From contig NC_045696.1 in the NCBI RefSeq assembly GCF_009834535.1, forward strand, positions 18,168,001 through 18,232,000: DNA of 64,000 nt, in the 5' to 3' direction. The position numbers and the translations under genes are program-made. The notes under the pieces are model-generated. The model did not search any database, was not told the origin of the DNA, and saw only the letters and a program-made list of their open reading frames with translations. The stretch comes from Camelus ferus. Its lineage: Eukaryota. Positions 51,105-62,902 of the stretch are shown here, in pieces (position 1 is the stretch's first letter; every line of letters begins with the position of its first letter).

Positions 51105-52057
51105 GTATTATTTACTGTTAAATCTTCATTTACTATACTTTTTTGGAACATATCTTAATATTTAGTAAGTGACATACTTGAGATAGGAACCATTGTTGTG
51201 AAATAGTATCCATTTGTTAAATATTAGATTAAAAAAATCAAGACATAGATGTTCACAACTATTGTTAGTTATGGGCTTACAGTATTTTTTTAAATCACAG
51301 TATTTTAGAATCTCAATGAATCTGTATCTCTCCCTGAGCTTTTATTACATCAACATAAGAGATACTTAACCCTTTACCTGGTCTGCCAGATATGAGAGGT
51401 AACTGCTTTATAAATCTTACATAGATCAAGAAGAAGGGATTACAGAGAATATCTTTTTTATAAGAAGGAAAATTTGAATATTTTTTCTTAAAATGACATT
51501 ATTATAGTAAATATCTATGAGAGAAAATAAGTAGTGTTAAAACCTCACTTTTAGCATTAAATGGACTTTGATTGATTATACACAATTGGAACTTGGATGA
51601 ACTTCAGTAATTTGGCAGAATAAAATAGGCAAAATTTGATTTTTCTTGAAATATTTTTAGGACAAAAACAAGTCGAGAAGAAAAATGATGAAGAACATTT
51701 TAAGATGAAGAAATGCCCTACTTGTCAGTTAAGTAATCTAACAATTGTTTTAAATTTGGAGAATTGATTCATAGAAGTACTTATGCATAAGACAGCCTTC
51801 ATATAACAGCATTTCTCAAGAATGACAATGTGCTGTGGTATTCAAGTGCTGTTTGTACATAGTAGAATGTTACTGTAACCATTTTTACTCTTATATTTGA
51901 TATGTAAGTAGTTATTGCATTGGTAAAATTAATATAAATTTTGATGAAGACATTAGAATGCCAGGTATAAAAAAAGTTTGAGTTTTTGTACTTCATTAGT
52001 ATGAGTTTGAAATAAAGGTTTGTTAAAACATGCTTGAAACAAATTTTGAAGTATATT

Positions 52058-52715
52058 TGATACAGGGAAAATGAATGTGGGGCGAGAGGAGGACCGTGTC
52101 TCATGTCTCAATTGAGTCCCTGGGACGTGCCCTGCCAAGTGTGGGTCCTTGGCTTTGCACAGGATAGAATTCAAGAGTGAGCCACAGTTGGGTAAAGATA
52201 GATTTATTTAGAGAGATAACATACTACATAGAGTGTAGGCTGTTTCAGAAGGCAAAAGGCCACGAGGTGTGGGGGTTGGGTGCTCAGGTTAAAGTAAAAA
52301 TAGAAACACACTCTATAGACAGAGTGCAGTCCATCTCCAAAGACAAGAGAGCGAGAGAGGCCATGAGGTGCAGTGTTGCCATTTTTTATGGGCTTGGTAG
52401 CTTCACACATCAACAAGTGGAGGACCATTCCAACTACCCTGGGGAAGGGGCTGGGATTCCCAGGAACTGGATCACTGCCCACTCTTTTATCTTTTGTGAT
52501 TAGCCTTGGGACTGTCATGGCTCCTGTGGACATGTTATTTACCATGCTAATATATTACATTGAGCATATAATGAAGCTCAAGGTCTACTGGAAGTCAAAT
52601 CTCCCACCATCTTGATCCTCAAGGCCTACTGGGAGTTGAATCTCCTGCCATTTCGGTGTTAATTGCCATGTCATTCCTTGAATGGCTGTGCCCTGCCCCC
52701 TTCCCTCCTGTCTCA
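52058..52715 (-). mobile_element. ERV1-class solo LTR (copy B of inverted pair)
   Basis: Reverse complement tgagacaggagggaagggggcagggcacagcc...ccctgtatca is the same family as 40064-40689; TSD tatt/tctt. Confidence 0.93.
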
Positions 52716-52956
52716 TCTTTACCTTTTCAATATGAGTCCTACAATTCATAATAAAAATTGATACCTATGATTCACTTTAGGACAGGCTGCGTAGCACATT
52801 CACTATGTAACTATACAGTAAGATCTGCAAATCTGTTTATTAATCTAGATACATATAGGTACAAAAGTGTAACAGAATATATTACAGACATGTTTTACTT
52901 GGTGAGCAGAGTGTTTGTGATAAACAGAAATAACTAAGTAAGGTACATATCTCCAC

Positions 52957-53416
52957 TGTTGGGGGCCAGGGTAGGTCACCCCTGTTTCAAATGTGCCTCA
53001 GTTGTTACTGAATGAACTTTGGTTTGCTCACCCTCATGCAGTAAAGCCAAACTACTGACACGGGGTTGTAGTGAAGGAAAATGCAGTGTTTACTACAGGA
53101 ACCGAGCAAGGAGCAAAGGCAATTAATGCTCAAAAGACCCAGACTCTCCAGGGACTTCAGGAAAGGGTTTTTAAAGGCAAAGTGAGGGCAAGAATTGCAG
53201 GTTGTGTAATGAGCTCCTACACAATTCTCTGATTGTGCAGGAGCTGATTCTATATAAAAACTGCCTGCTTTGGCCACTTCTTAGGTCCCATTTCCATGTG
53301 TGTGAATTAAAATTTGTTTCCTTTTCTCCTGTTTATCTGTCTTATGTCAATTTTATTATTAGCCCAGCCACAAGAAGTCAAGATGGGTAGAGGGGGAAAT
53401 TTCCCCTTCCCTAACA
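52957..53416 (+). mobile_element. MER34-like ERV1 LTR shell, interrupted by an antisense LTR and internally deleted
   Basis: 5' 'tgttgggggccagggtaggtcacccc...aaatgtgcctc'; 3' 'ttttctcctgtttatctgtcttatgtcaattttattattagcccagcc...cctaaca'; TSD ccac/acac. Confidence 0.8.
53003..53236 (-). mobile_element. Partial ERV1 LTR (U5/R end) nested in the MER34-like LTR
   Basis: 'tgttactgaatgaactttggtttgctcaccc...gcagtaaagccaaactactgacacggggttgtagtgaaggaaa...gcaaggag...ctcaaaagacccagactctcc...gggtttttaaaggca'. Confidence 0.75.
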
Positions 53417-54154
53417 ACACAATTCCATCACTGCTGTTGTCTTGATTGGGTCTGCTCTACTTGCATAGTTTTAAGAAATGTATATGATACCTAAAGACAC
53501 AGGAGTTTGTGACCCTAATCCTGACATCAGAAATGCCAAGTTTGTTCCATTTCAAAATGCCAAACATGGAATGTGGTTTCTTCATATCCTTCCTTTCTGA
53601 AAAGACACTCTTTTGCCGGTTTCTTCCTGAAAAGGTAGTCTTATGATGATTGTGTATAAATGTAATTAAACAAAATGTGATTTTCATGTGATTTAAATAA
53701 TATACTCTAAGTAAAATTAAATATTTGTGTGTGTTCCAAATATTCAATGCCCTTTGTAGATTAGTATATCAAATAAATGTGAACATTAAATTAGATATCC
53801 TTTAAAATATAATCTAGCATTAGGTTTAAGGCCTCACTCTTCATACTCATAGCTTAGTACTAATTAGTACAGGGTTTTGTTTAAATGTGTGATTGAAAAT
53901 CCATCAGTTAAAAATAAGTACATAGCTAAAGCACAGAAAAACATAATTAGATTATTGTTCAGTTTCAAGAACAGAGAAATTAGTATGTTAAAGACTTCGC
54001 TAAAACAAACAAGTAGGAGTTTGACACATAATAAAAACCTGTAGCAAATAATGTTGTCATTTATGCAACATATATGTTCAGAAGTAGGCTTAGGTGCCAG
54101 CCTAGTTTTAGGTGTGAGGATTTTGTATTAAAGAAGATAAACAAGGTCCCATGG

Positions 54155-54535
54155 CTTGATATCCATGCACACTATGAAAGGATTCCCTCCATTGAGGTAA
54201 TTAATACATCTATCACATAGCCTCATATATTTCCTTTTTTGTGTGTGAGAACATTTACATTCTATGTTCTTGACCAATCTGAATTAAAAATACAGTGTTA
54301 CCAACTATAGTATCACTGCCAGCCCTTGGCAACCACTTTTTTTACTCTGTGTTTCTGAGTTTGACTTTTTTTCAAGATTCCACATCTAACTGATAACATT
54401 CAGGATTTGTCTTTTTCTGTGTAGCTTACTTCATTTAGCATAATGCGTTCCAGCTTCATCCATGTTGTAAATTTGTAAGTAACAGAATTTGCTTCTCTTT
54501 TAAGACTGACTCATATATTTTTATATAGTATTTTC
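54155..54535 (-). mobile_element. L1MA8/9-like 3' end
   Basis: 'taattaatacatctatcac...tgtgagaacattta...cccttggcaaccact...gattccacat...cttacttcatttagcataatgcgttccagcttcatccatgttgt'. Confidence 0.85.
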
Positions 54536-54539
54536 CATA

Positions 54540-54713
54540 AAGAATGATGCCTGACCACAATGGTGAGGGGATCTTCTTTCCTTGGTCGGGTGATTCAAAT
54601 GCTAAACTCTTCTGGAAAAACCCTTACAGACACACCCAGAAACAAGATTTTATCAGCAATCCGGGCATCTCTTAGCCCAGTCAAGTTGACACATAAAATT
54701 AACCACCACCACA
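54540..54713 (-). mobile_element. MLT2 (ERVL) LTR 5' portion
   Basis: 'gattcaaatgctaaactcttctggaaaaacccttacagacacacccagaaa...ggcatctcttagcccagtcaagttgacacataaaattaaccac'. Confidence 0.9.
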
Positions 54714-54719
54714 TGTAGT

Positions 54720-55280
54720 CCCTGTTGTGCGTGGCCACTGATTTTTTTTTTTTTTCCATCTGTTTTCTCTGCATCAGCCAATTACCTGGCAAAGATTATC
54801 ATTAATGTCTGGCTCAAAAATAAGTGCTGTCCAAATGTTAAATCTTAACCAATCTTTAAGTATTTTAGTAAATGCCAGAGGAGGAAGCTACTGCAACTTT
54901 AGAGGGCAAAAGCTCCCTCTCCCCCTCACATCCCGCAATAATTCGCCAGTATGACCAAATGCCTGACACCAAATTTTCACAGGAAAAAATCCCCACTGAC
55001 CTTAATGGCACCAGTCAGCTGCTCCAGGCAAGCAGGTGGCTATTCTGTTGCCAGGACAGGGCTAAGAAATGGAGAATGGTGGGTGCTATACACAATGTTG
55101 TCCTTCTCAAGATAAGTAGCTTTTTCTCTATCAATGCTCTGTCCTGGTTTTGTAAGTGTCAGATCAGGTTTATTAGGCATCAAATTGTTGATTCTGGGTT
55201 TTTTTTTTTCTAGTTTACTTATTTTGGTGGAATGGACAGACTCCTAGAACTGCCTACTTCACCATTTCATGTAATACTGC
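54720..55280 (-). mobile_element. Old L1 5'UTR fragment
   Basis: 'aaattgttgattctggg...tagtttact...ggacagactcctagaactgcctacttcaccattt' resembles the antisense start of L1M elements. Confidence 0.55.
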
Positions 55281-55509
55281 TTCATACTCTTTTAGATGTT
55301 ATTTATAAAATGTGAATCCTTTATATATACATTCAATATATAATACATAAATTATATGTATAATAATTTCAATTATTATTTCTAATAACTTGATATTTTA
55401 TATTCATGTTGTATCTTCTGATTAGCTATATTTTATTTTTATCTATAGTTTGTTATTTCTTCTATGTCCCATTAGAACATAATCTACCCAAAGATTATGA
55501 AGGTTACGT

Positions 55510-55930
55510 CTACAGTCTATCCAAATTTATTTTGTGTATCATGTGAACTAGAGTTCAAGAATTTCTTGTTTCTATATGGTTATCTAGTTTGAGGCACTAC
55601 CATTTATTTAAAAAGAAATACTTTTATTATAATGTAGTTCCATCCTTATTTTAATTCAAGTGACATTGTGTTAGCAAGGCTAATATTACTGGGTCTGTGT
55701 TCTGTCCCATTGTTGTCTGTCTGTCCTGACACTAATAGAAAGTCTCATGTATTATAGCTTTATGTCTGGTAATGGAAGGTCTTTGCTTCAATATATTTTT
55801 CAAGATTATCATGGCTCTTATCAGCTCTTTGTATTTCTCTCTATGTATTTTGATATCAGATTGAAAATTTCTACACTCAGTTGCATTCTGATTGGGATTT
55901 TACTGAACCCATTGATGGAAAAAATTTTCA
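55510..55930 (-). mobile_element. Old L1 ORF2 fragment
   Basis: 'atatggttatctagtt...accatttattaaaaag', 'ttctgtcccattg', 'attctgattgggattttactgaa'. Confidence 0.7.
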
Positions 55931-55936
55931 CATATT

Positions 55937-56390
55937 GCTGTATGGGAAAGCCATTCTGGCTCATACATGATTTGGCCTGAAATTTATGTGAACTAAAGCA
56001 GCCTCACTTATGGTCTGTCAAACATACATGGTACATCTGCTTTAACAATTAAAGAACGTCCATCTTGAAGATAGGGAGAACTACCTCTCCTCCATTAAGT
56101 CAATGCTATATTACTCATTTAATGAATTTAAAGATAAGGTTCCCTTCCCAGAAGGCAGGGTCATGATGTCTCACTGTTTTCATGTTAATTTGTGATTATA
56201 TGTCTCTGTTGAAACCTTGAAGGAATGTATCCCTGTCATATTTGATGTATATTTTTGGTTCTGACAAGGTATAAAACTGTGCTAAAAATCATGGTCTCTG
56301 GACTACCATCGGGCTTGTCCTCAGCTGGGCTCAAACAAAACTCTTTTCTGTTCCTTATTATTGATTGTTTATTGATTATTTGTGTTGACA
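55937..56390 (+). mobile_element. ERV1-class solo LTR (MER41-related)
   Basis: TATAAAA at 56270; degenerate poly(A) signal 'ctcaaacaaaac'; ends 'gattatttgtgttgaca'; GC-richer than flanks; no clear TSD. Confidence 0.7.
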
Positions 56391-57393
56391 TCATCACAAC
56401 AGTTAGGGATAATTAACTAATATCTGTACTATATAGTATTTTTTAATCCAACATTTATACTCTCATCTTTACTTTGGTTGTGATATCTCAAATTTTCCTA
56501 TTTAACACCAAACTCAATTTTCAATATTTAAGATTTCAAATCAACTCTAACAAGAGGCAGATAGGTTGCTGATTCTTCTTTTCTGTAATATCCTTTTTTG
56601 GATTGCATATTAAGATAATTTTGGTCTCATAAAAATAGTTGAGAAGTATCTTTATTTCAATTTCTTTTCTCCTGAAATGTTCATGTAATATTGGTATTAC
56701 TTTTCCCATATATAGGAAAGTCACTTGTGACAAGGGTTTCTTATTTATAAGTTTTGGAAAGATAGATTCCATTCCTTTAACAGATATTGGATTATTAAGA
56801 TTTCCTTTTCAGCTTCAGTTGGTTTTAAGAATTTATCCATTTTACCTAAATTGTCACAGTTTTTCACATAACATTTTTCATAATAGCCATTATTGTGCTA
56901 TTTAGGTCTGTAGATCTGTTTAAATATTACTTTTTAATTCCTGAGACTGGTAATTTTTTTTCCCACTTACACTTTTTCTCTTAATCTGTCTTGATAAAGG
57001 CTTATGAATTTTATTGACATAGTCAAAGATCGGACTTGCAGCTTGCTTTAATATTTCTAATACAGATGGATGGATAGATAGAGAACACGTATAAACATAC
57101 AGATGGAGAGAAACATAAAGATGTCACATTTGTCCTGCTCTTTGTAGTTTCTTATTTTCTATGTTTACTACATATGATTTTCTGTACTTTTCTAGGTTTT
57201 TGAGATAAAAGCCTTTAGTTACTGATACTCAACTTTATTTTTTCTAATAAATGTACTTTTGTTAGGAATTTTCCTTGAAGACTGCTGTAGTTTCATCTTA
57301 CTATCTTTTATATGGCTAATCTTTATTATTATTTACTTTATTGTTTTAATTTTAATTTTGTTACTCTTTCCTCTTTGTATAAGAAATGTTTTT

Positions 57394-57868
57394 TGTCTTG
57401 GTTTGCTAGGGCTGTCATAGCAAATTCCTACAGACTGGGTAGGTTAAACAACAGAATTGATCTTCTCACACCTCTGGAAGGTGGAATTCCAAAATCAGTG
57501 CGCCAACAAGGTGGATTTCCTCCAAAGACCGTGTGTGGCCTGTTGCACACCTCTCTCCTTGGCTTACAGATGTAGACGCCCTTGCTGCCTCTTAACATGG
57601 TGGTTGATCTGTACACATTGCCTGTGGTCTCTCTTTGTCTCATCTTACACAGACTCTAGTCATTTTGAATTAGTTCCTCACCTTATTGTCTTCAGCCTAA
57701 CTTACCTGTTTAAATGCCCTATTTCTAAATACAGTTACAGCCATATGACCTTATTTAACCTGAATTACCTTTTTAAAGGCCTCATTTCCTAATATAGTTA
57801 CATTCTGAGGCACTGGGCTTGGAAATTCAACATAGGAATTTGAGGAGGAGACAATTCAGCCTATAAGT
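57394..57868 (-). mobile_element. MLT1B-type MaLR LTR with internal 63-bp tandem duplication
   Basis: 'tttgctagggctgtcatagcaaattcctacagactggg...taaacaacagaa'...'acattctgaggcactggg...gacaattcagcctataa'. Confidence 0.88.
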
Positions 57869-58160
57869 GTCATAAATGTCTACTCTTTAATTTGCAGAAT
57901 TTGTTTTATGTTTGCTAGCTTAATACCAATGAGGTCAGAGAAAACATTACAGATAATTTATTGTAGTTTTATTTATGGCCCTGTTTATAATAGATTTTGG
58001 TAAGTGTTTTGACAAGTGTTCCATGTACATTTTTAAGGAATGTGAATTATTTCATTTTTGTATATATAGCTTTAAAAGCATATTTTGTGTGTGTGCACGT
58101 GTATACATAATATATAAATCTGTTCAATTTGATAATCTGTTAGGTCAGATATACCATATA

Positions 58161-58461
58161 CAGTCAATCCTCTGTATTCAAGTTTCGAATCTGCAGAGTC
58201 AACCCACCACAGATTGAAAATATCTGGAAAAAAGTCCAGAAAGCTTCCAAAAGCGAAACTTTAATTTCAGTGTGCTGGGAACTATTTGCATAGCATTTAT
58301 ACTGTATTTGGTATCATAAGTAATCTAGAAATGATTCAAAGTTACAAGAGGATTTGCATAGGTTATAGGCAAATATAATTTTATATAAGGGACTTGAGCG
58401 TCTTCAGATTTTGATGTCCTCAGGGTCCTGGCACCAGCCCCCTCCATGTACTGAGGGTCTG
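58161..58461 (-). mobile_element. MER2-like (TcMar-Tigger) element
   Basis: TA then 'cagtcaatcctctgtatt...ctgcagagtcaacc..ccacagattgaaaatat...tataagggacttgagcgtc...gggtcctgg..ccagcccc...tactgaggg'. Confidence 0.88.
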
Positions 58462-60159
58462 CTCTCCTTGTTGACACTTTTGTCTCCTTGTCTTCTTAGC
58501 TACTGAGAGAAGTACGTTGCCGTATTTCTATCTGATTATGGCTTTGTCTGTATCTCCTTTTTATTACGTCAAATTCCACTTAAAATATTTTGAAATTATG
58601 TCATTGAATATACAAAGATTTAGGAGTGTCCTGTTTTATTGTTAGATTGATCTTTTTGGCATCTAAAAAGGCCCTTTAAACCTCTAGACTGAAAAATTGT
58701 CCATAGGACTTATTTTAGTGCTTAAATGTTTAGACTCCAACCCTCGACCAATCTTTGGAGCAGGGACAGAGTAGGGGTTTGGTCAAATATTTAGGCACAT
58801 TAAGTGTTCAGTTTTATCACTCCTGTTTAATGAGGCTGTCAGATTCTTCACTCCCTCCATCAAAACCCTCTACTGAAACCAAGTGTGCGTTCTCAGCCTC
58901 TTGCACAACACAGATCTGTCAACACCCCAAGGGAAAAGCCTCTACTTCAACTCATCTTTTAGAGTGCCTTGTCACTAAGCTTATAATATGATGTGGTCTT
59001 GATTCTCATAAAGCTTTTTATCCATTCAAAACAGATGATTTTTTTTCATTATTTTCCTATTCTTATAGTACTTATTGGTGGCAATAATGATTTACTCTAG
59101 TAAATATTAAATACAATGTTTTCATCTAATATACATTAACTAATAATCTTTTACTTCTCTAATAAATCCAGAAGCAGCTTTCTTACATATGCAATGTTTA
59201 TACTTTAAAAAAATGAATAAAAATAAATACGCCATAGTAATTCTAATACATAGCAGAAGAAAAATAATTTAAAATTCATTGAGGCATTTTGAATTCATTG
59301 CTCCATATGATTAATTCCAGTATCAAACTTTTCCCCTGTTTTTATTCTAGATTAAATCTTGACGTAGTAAATAAACTTGGAATATTAGAATTCCAGATGA
59401 ATTTTATATTTTTTGGATGAATCTATACGAGATTCAGCATATCAGGTAAACTGGCTGTATCAATAATTCTTATTCAAGTCTCCAGTCAATTGCAAATTTT
59501 GTTTAATGTTTTTACTGTAACTCATATCCTACACAAAACCCTAATTTAAAAGAGCTGGACAGTTTGTGTTTTACCCTCCTCTAGATAATATCAGACATCC
59601 CCAAACCATATTGTACAATTTGGTATAAACTGCAGTTTACTCAAGAGAGACTTAAAATGATGATGAATGACAGAAATAGTTAGAATAAGTTACTTCTGAC
59701 TTTGAAAATGATTTCTAATCCATATTGAGATGCCATAAAATCATGTCACATAAGCTAATTCAAATCTGGCAGGGGAAAATTTCAGATACCAGGAGAGATC
59801 CTTTTATCATAAGAGCCTACTTTGAAACTTAAATAAAAATACATACAAAATACACTTTTGATATTCTGGACTTTTAAGAATTATTTTGACTCATGGGAAG
59901 AAAATGCCCTGGATCTGCCCTTGTGAAAGAGAAAGGTATTGACTGACTTGTAACAACTTTTGCAAAATAGGTGAAATCCTGTCCTTATATTTTAAAAGAT
60001 AAATGAGATTTAATTGCATAGCTTATTTTTTCTGAATAAATGCATATAAAGTTTTAAGACTGGGAATAAACCAACATTAATTTTTGTGACTCACAGGCAT
60101 GGATTATACATTGTTCTGAACACAGTTTTGAGGCAGAAACCATGCTTCTCTGGTTCCCT

Positions 60160-60670
60160 ATCTGTTTCGCTTTCCAGGCACATAGAAGAAATTACTAATC
60201 AATTTAAACTTAATTAATACAAAAAATTATCATATCTTATATATTCATAGGCAACAAATTCAGGTAGGACTTGGCTGGGAGATGCTTCAGCTAAAGATTT
60301 CCTATAGGCTCTAAAATCACTTCTGTCAGCTGCATGACTCTTTGACAGAGTTGTCTGCAAGTCTCAGCTCGGCTAGGCCCCTCCCTCTAATTCATGTCAT
60401 CTCAGGACCTCTGATGTAGCCTCCCTATTAAGTTAGTTTAATGTACATGATGGATCATGGCTCCAAAACCGAGCCTTTTTAGGGGCCCAGACTGTGGCTT
60501 CAGGTATCTGTGTGACCTAGTCTTGGAAGCTCCGGGATTCACTTCTATCATATTTGATTAGTCAAGCAAGTCACTAAGGCCAGTACAGAATAATGGAATA
60601 ATGGGTAAGTGAATTAGACATCACATCTCAAGGAGAATTTTGAAATAACTTGTGGCCACAAGCCACCACA
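60160..60670 (-). mobile_element. MLT1H-type MaLR LTR
   Basis: 'aattcaggtaggacttggctggg...gacctagtcttggaag...cacttctatcatatttgattagtcaagcaagtcactaaggcc...ccaccaca'. Confidence 0.8.
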
Positions 60671-62689
60671 ATGAAATGTCATCACTAATGAATGATATAG
60701 AATCAATCTGGTTGTAATCAATATAGAAGACATGTCAATGTTAGTCAATTCCAAAAGTCATTTGACTTTTATGCATGTCCTAGAGGACAACAGTTTAGCA
60801 AAGATAGGGAGATAATCAAATAATATAGAAGAGAAATCATGCCAGTGAATATAGAAAAAAATGCAATAGCTTCTAAGTAGAAAGCATAATTATTCTAGGG
60901 TGGTCTCAATGTAAGAATATATTTGAGGGCATCATCAATAGAAAGGAATGACTTCAAGTGCATAGTGACATGATATTGTTGATGGGAGTCCTAAGCCAGT
61001 GGTAGCCACATAGTATGTGAGTTCAAGGCAACAAAAGAAGCAGAATATCAAGTTACATATCTGTGAAAAACCACACATGCACAAACATGCGCACAAACAC
61101 ACAGCACCAGAAAATAAAATTAAAAGGAAGCATTAAAAGAATGACTATACTAATCAATTCCTCCCATGGATATTATCATAAAATAATTTCCATATTAAGA
61201 TGTATTGAGGTTAGAAGAAACAAAAAATATTTGTATTGTAAAAGACAGATTATCAAAATTCCTGCATCACCATCAGTAGATGATCCTAATTATTCACTAA
61301 ATGTCAGATATTTAGTAGAGAAAACAGATCCATTTGTTTTATTTATTTGCTTTAATGATTACTGTTGTAAGTGGTACCTGCTGCCTATCATTACTTTTCT
61401 CCATCCTCTGATACAATGCCAAAATATTTGATTTGATTGGTTGTATCTGATAATAAATGTGCTGCTAGTGGGTCCTTCTAGATTTTGTAATAGCTATTCT
61501 ACGTCATCACCATCACCACCATCCTGTCCCTACATATTCTTGTCCATTGGAAAATGTTTGTCTCTCACTGATCCTGCTCATCAGTCTAATTTATCAAAAA
61601 ATGTGTCTTGTTTCTTTCTGGTTCTTTTACTTCTAAGAAACACTATGAGGAATGAATGGGGATGAATAAATTACTTTTGATTCAATGTTTTATCTTGCAT
61701 ATACACTACATTTTATAGATGCCAACAAATTTTTAAATGCCCAGAGCCTAATAACTATTCAAAACATGTGCTGTACCTGAACATCAAGATATACGTTCTT
61801 ATTGTTTATCTTGCTTTTTAAAATAACATAATCATGAACTCTATTCCCTAAGGTATTTCCACACATAGCCTGTTACCTGGTTATATTTCCTTTTCCAAAG
61901 TGAAATATTGACAGGAAGAATATTAAGAAACATGCTTTTAAAAACATTTCAGAGGCAAAATAATTGAGTAGAAAGGAATTGTTAGAGGTGAAAAAACCTC
62001 AACACCACAATAATTGACAGTCATAAATTAATCTTAATTAATTTTCCTCAGTAATTGCTTCAATACTAAGCAAACTAGTATTTATTTTTTCTTTTTGAAA
62101 AAAAAGTATTTTTTTGATAGGGTGATGAGGAGCCACTTTGGGTTAGAGAAAAAAGGCAAACAAAAAATAATGGAATAGGAATAAATTCTATTATAATAAA
62201 TGACTTTGTAATTTGGTGAAAATTATTATCTGTGCTGAAAAATACTTTTTATAATATTATTATTACATTTAAATGCAATTTTATAGGCTAATTAAAGTAT
62301 TCTCCAATAAACATGATCAAATTTTGTTCCTTTTGCATGTGAGAATTTTCTACCTTTACATAACAGATTATCGATCTGATTATGTGATCTGATTGAGCAA
62401 CCACTGAGTATGATATATACACTTTATGATTTACAATTGGTAAGTCCAAGTAAAACTACCTTAATTATATATATTCTCATTATAATCTATTGACTACTTG
62501 AAGTTTTGGTTTGGTGGGCAGTGTGTATGATTTACATTTGGTTATATATGAGTTAGACAAAGTAAACTCAAAGTTATAATCATAGAGTTTTGATTGGACA
62601 TTTGAGGTCACTTAACATCATTTTTTGTTTTTGTAAGACTCAAGTTATTGAATTTTTCAATATTACTATGCATAGCTATCAAGACAGAG

Positions 62690-62902
62690 GAAACACAAGA
62701 GTATTAAAATCATCATTCTAATGCAAGTAGACTATCATTATAACTTGCTACTATTTGCTCACCCCAGGTAAATCGTTCTTTTTTATTAATTTGTAAAATA
62801 AGATCAATGCCTATTCTACAAGGTCATTAGGAATGAATATATCACATTAAAAAATACTTAGCTTAGGACCTAGGATATGAAAGGTTCAGTGACAATTATT
62901 CT
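62690..62902 (+). mobile_element. MIR SINE
   Basis: 'ttgtaaaataagatcaatgcctattctacaaggtcattaggaatgaat...aatacttagc'. Confidence 0.55.

Larger units (their letters stand above)
56540..58660 (-). mobile_element. Old L1 ORF2 remnant interrupted by MLT1 and MER2
   Basis: 'ttttctgtaatatcctttttggatt...ggtctcataaaaatagttgagaagt', 'aagaatttatccattttacctaaattgtca', 'tactgagagaag'; ORF 56536-56772 reads L1-like (IPILHEHF...LLNYFYETKIILI..PKKDITEKKN). Confidence 0.8.

Noticed and set aside
40064..52715. The two homologous LTRs as ends of one 12.6-kb provirus or composite transposon
   Set aside because: They are inverted rather than direct, each has its own TSD, and the interior is MIR/L2/L1/MLT fossils with no gag/pol
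40309..56153. Window-wide enrichment of GAS motifs
   Set aside because: About four strict matches is close to chance expectation for 64 kb of this base composition
61063..61431. 122-aa ORF
   Set aside because: GTG start, AT-rich composition, no recognisable domain or splice context
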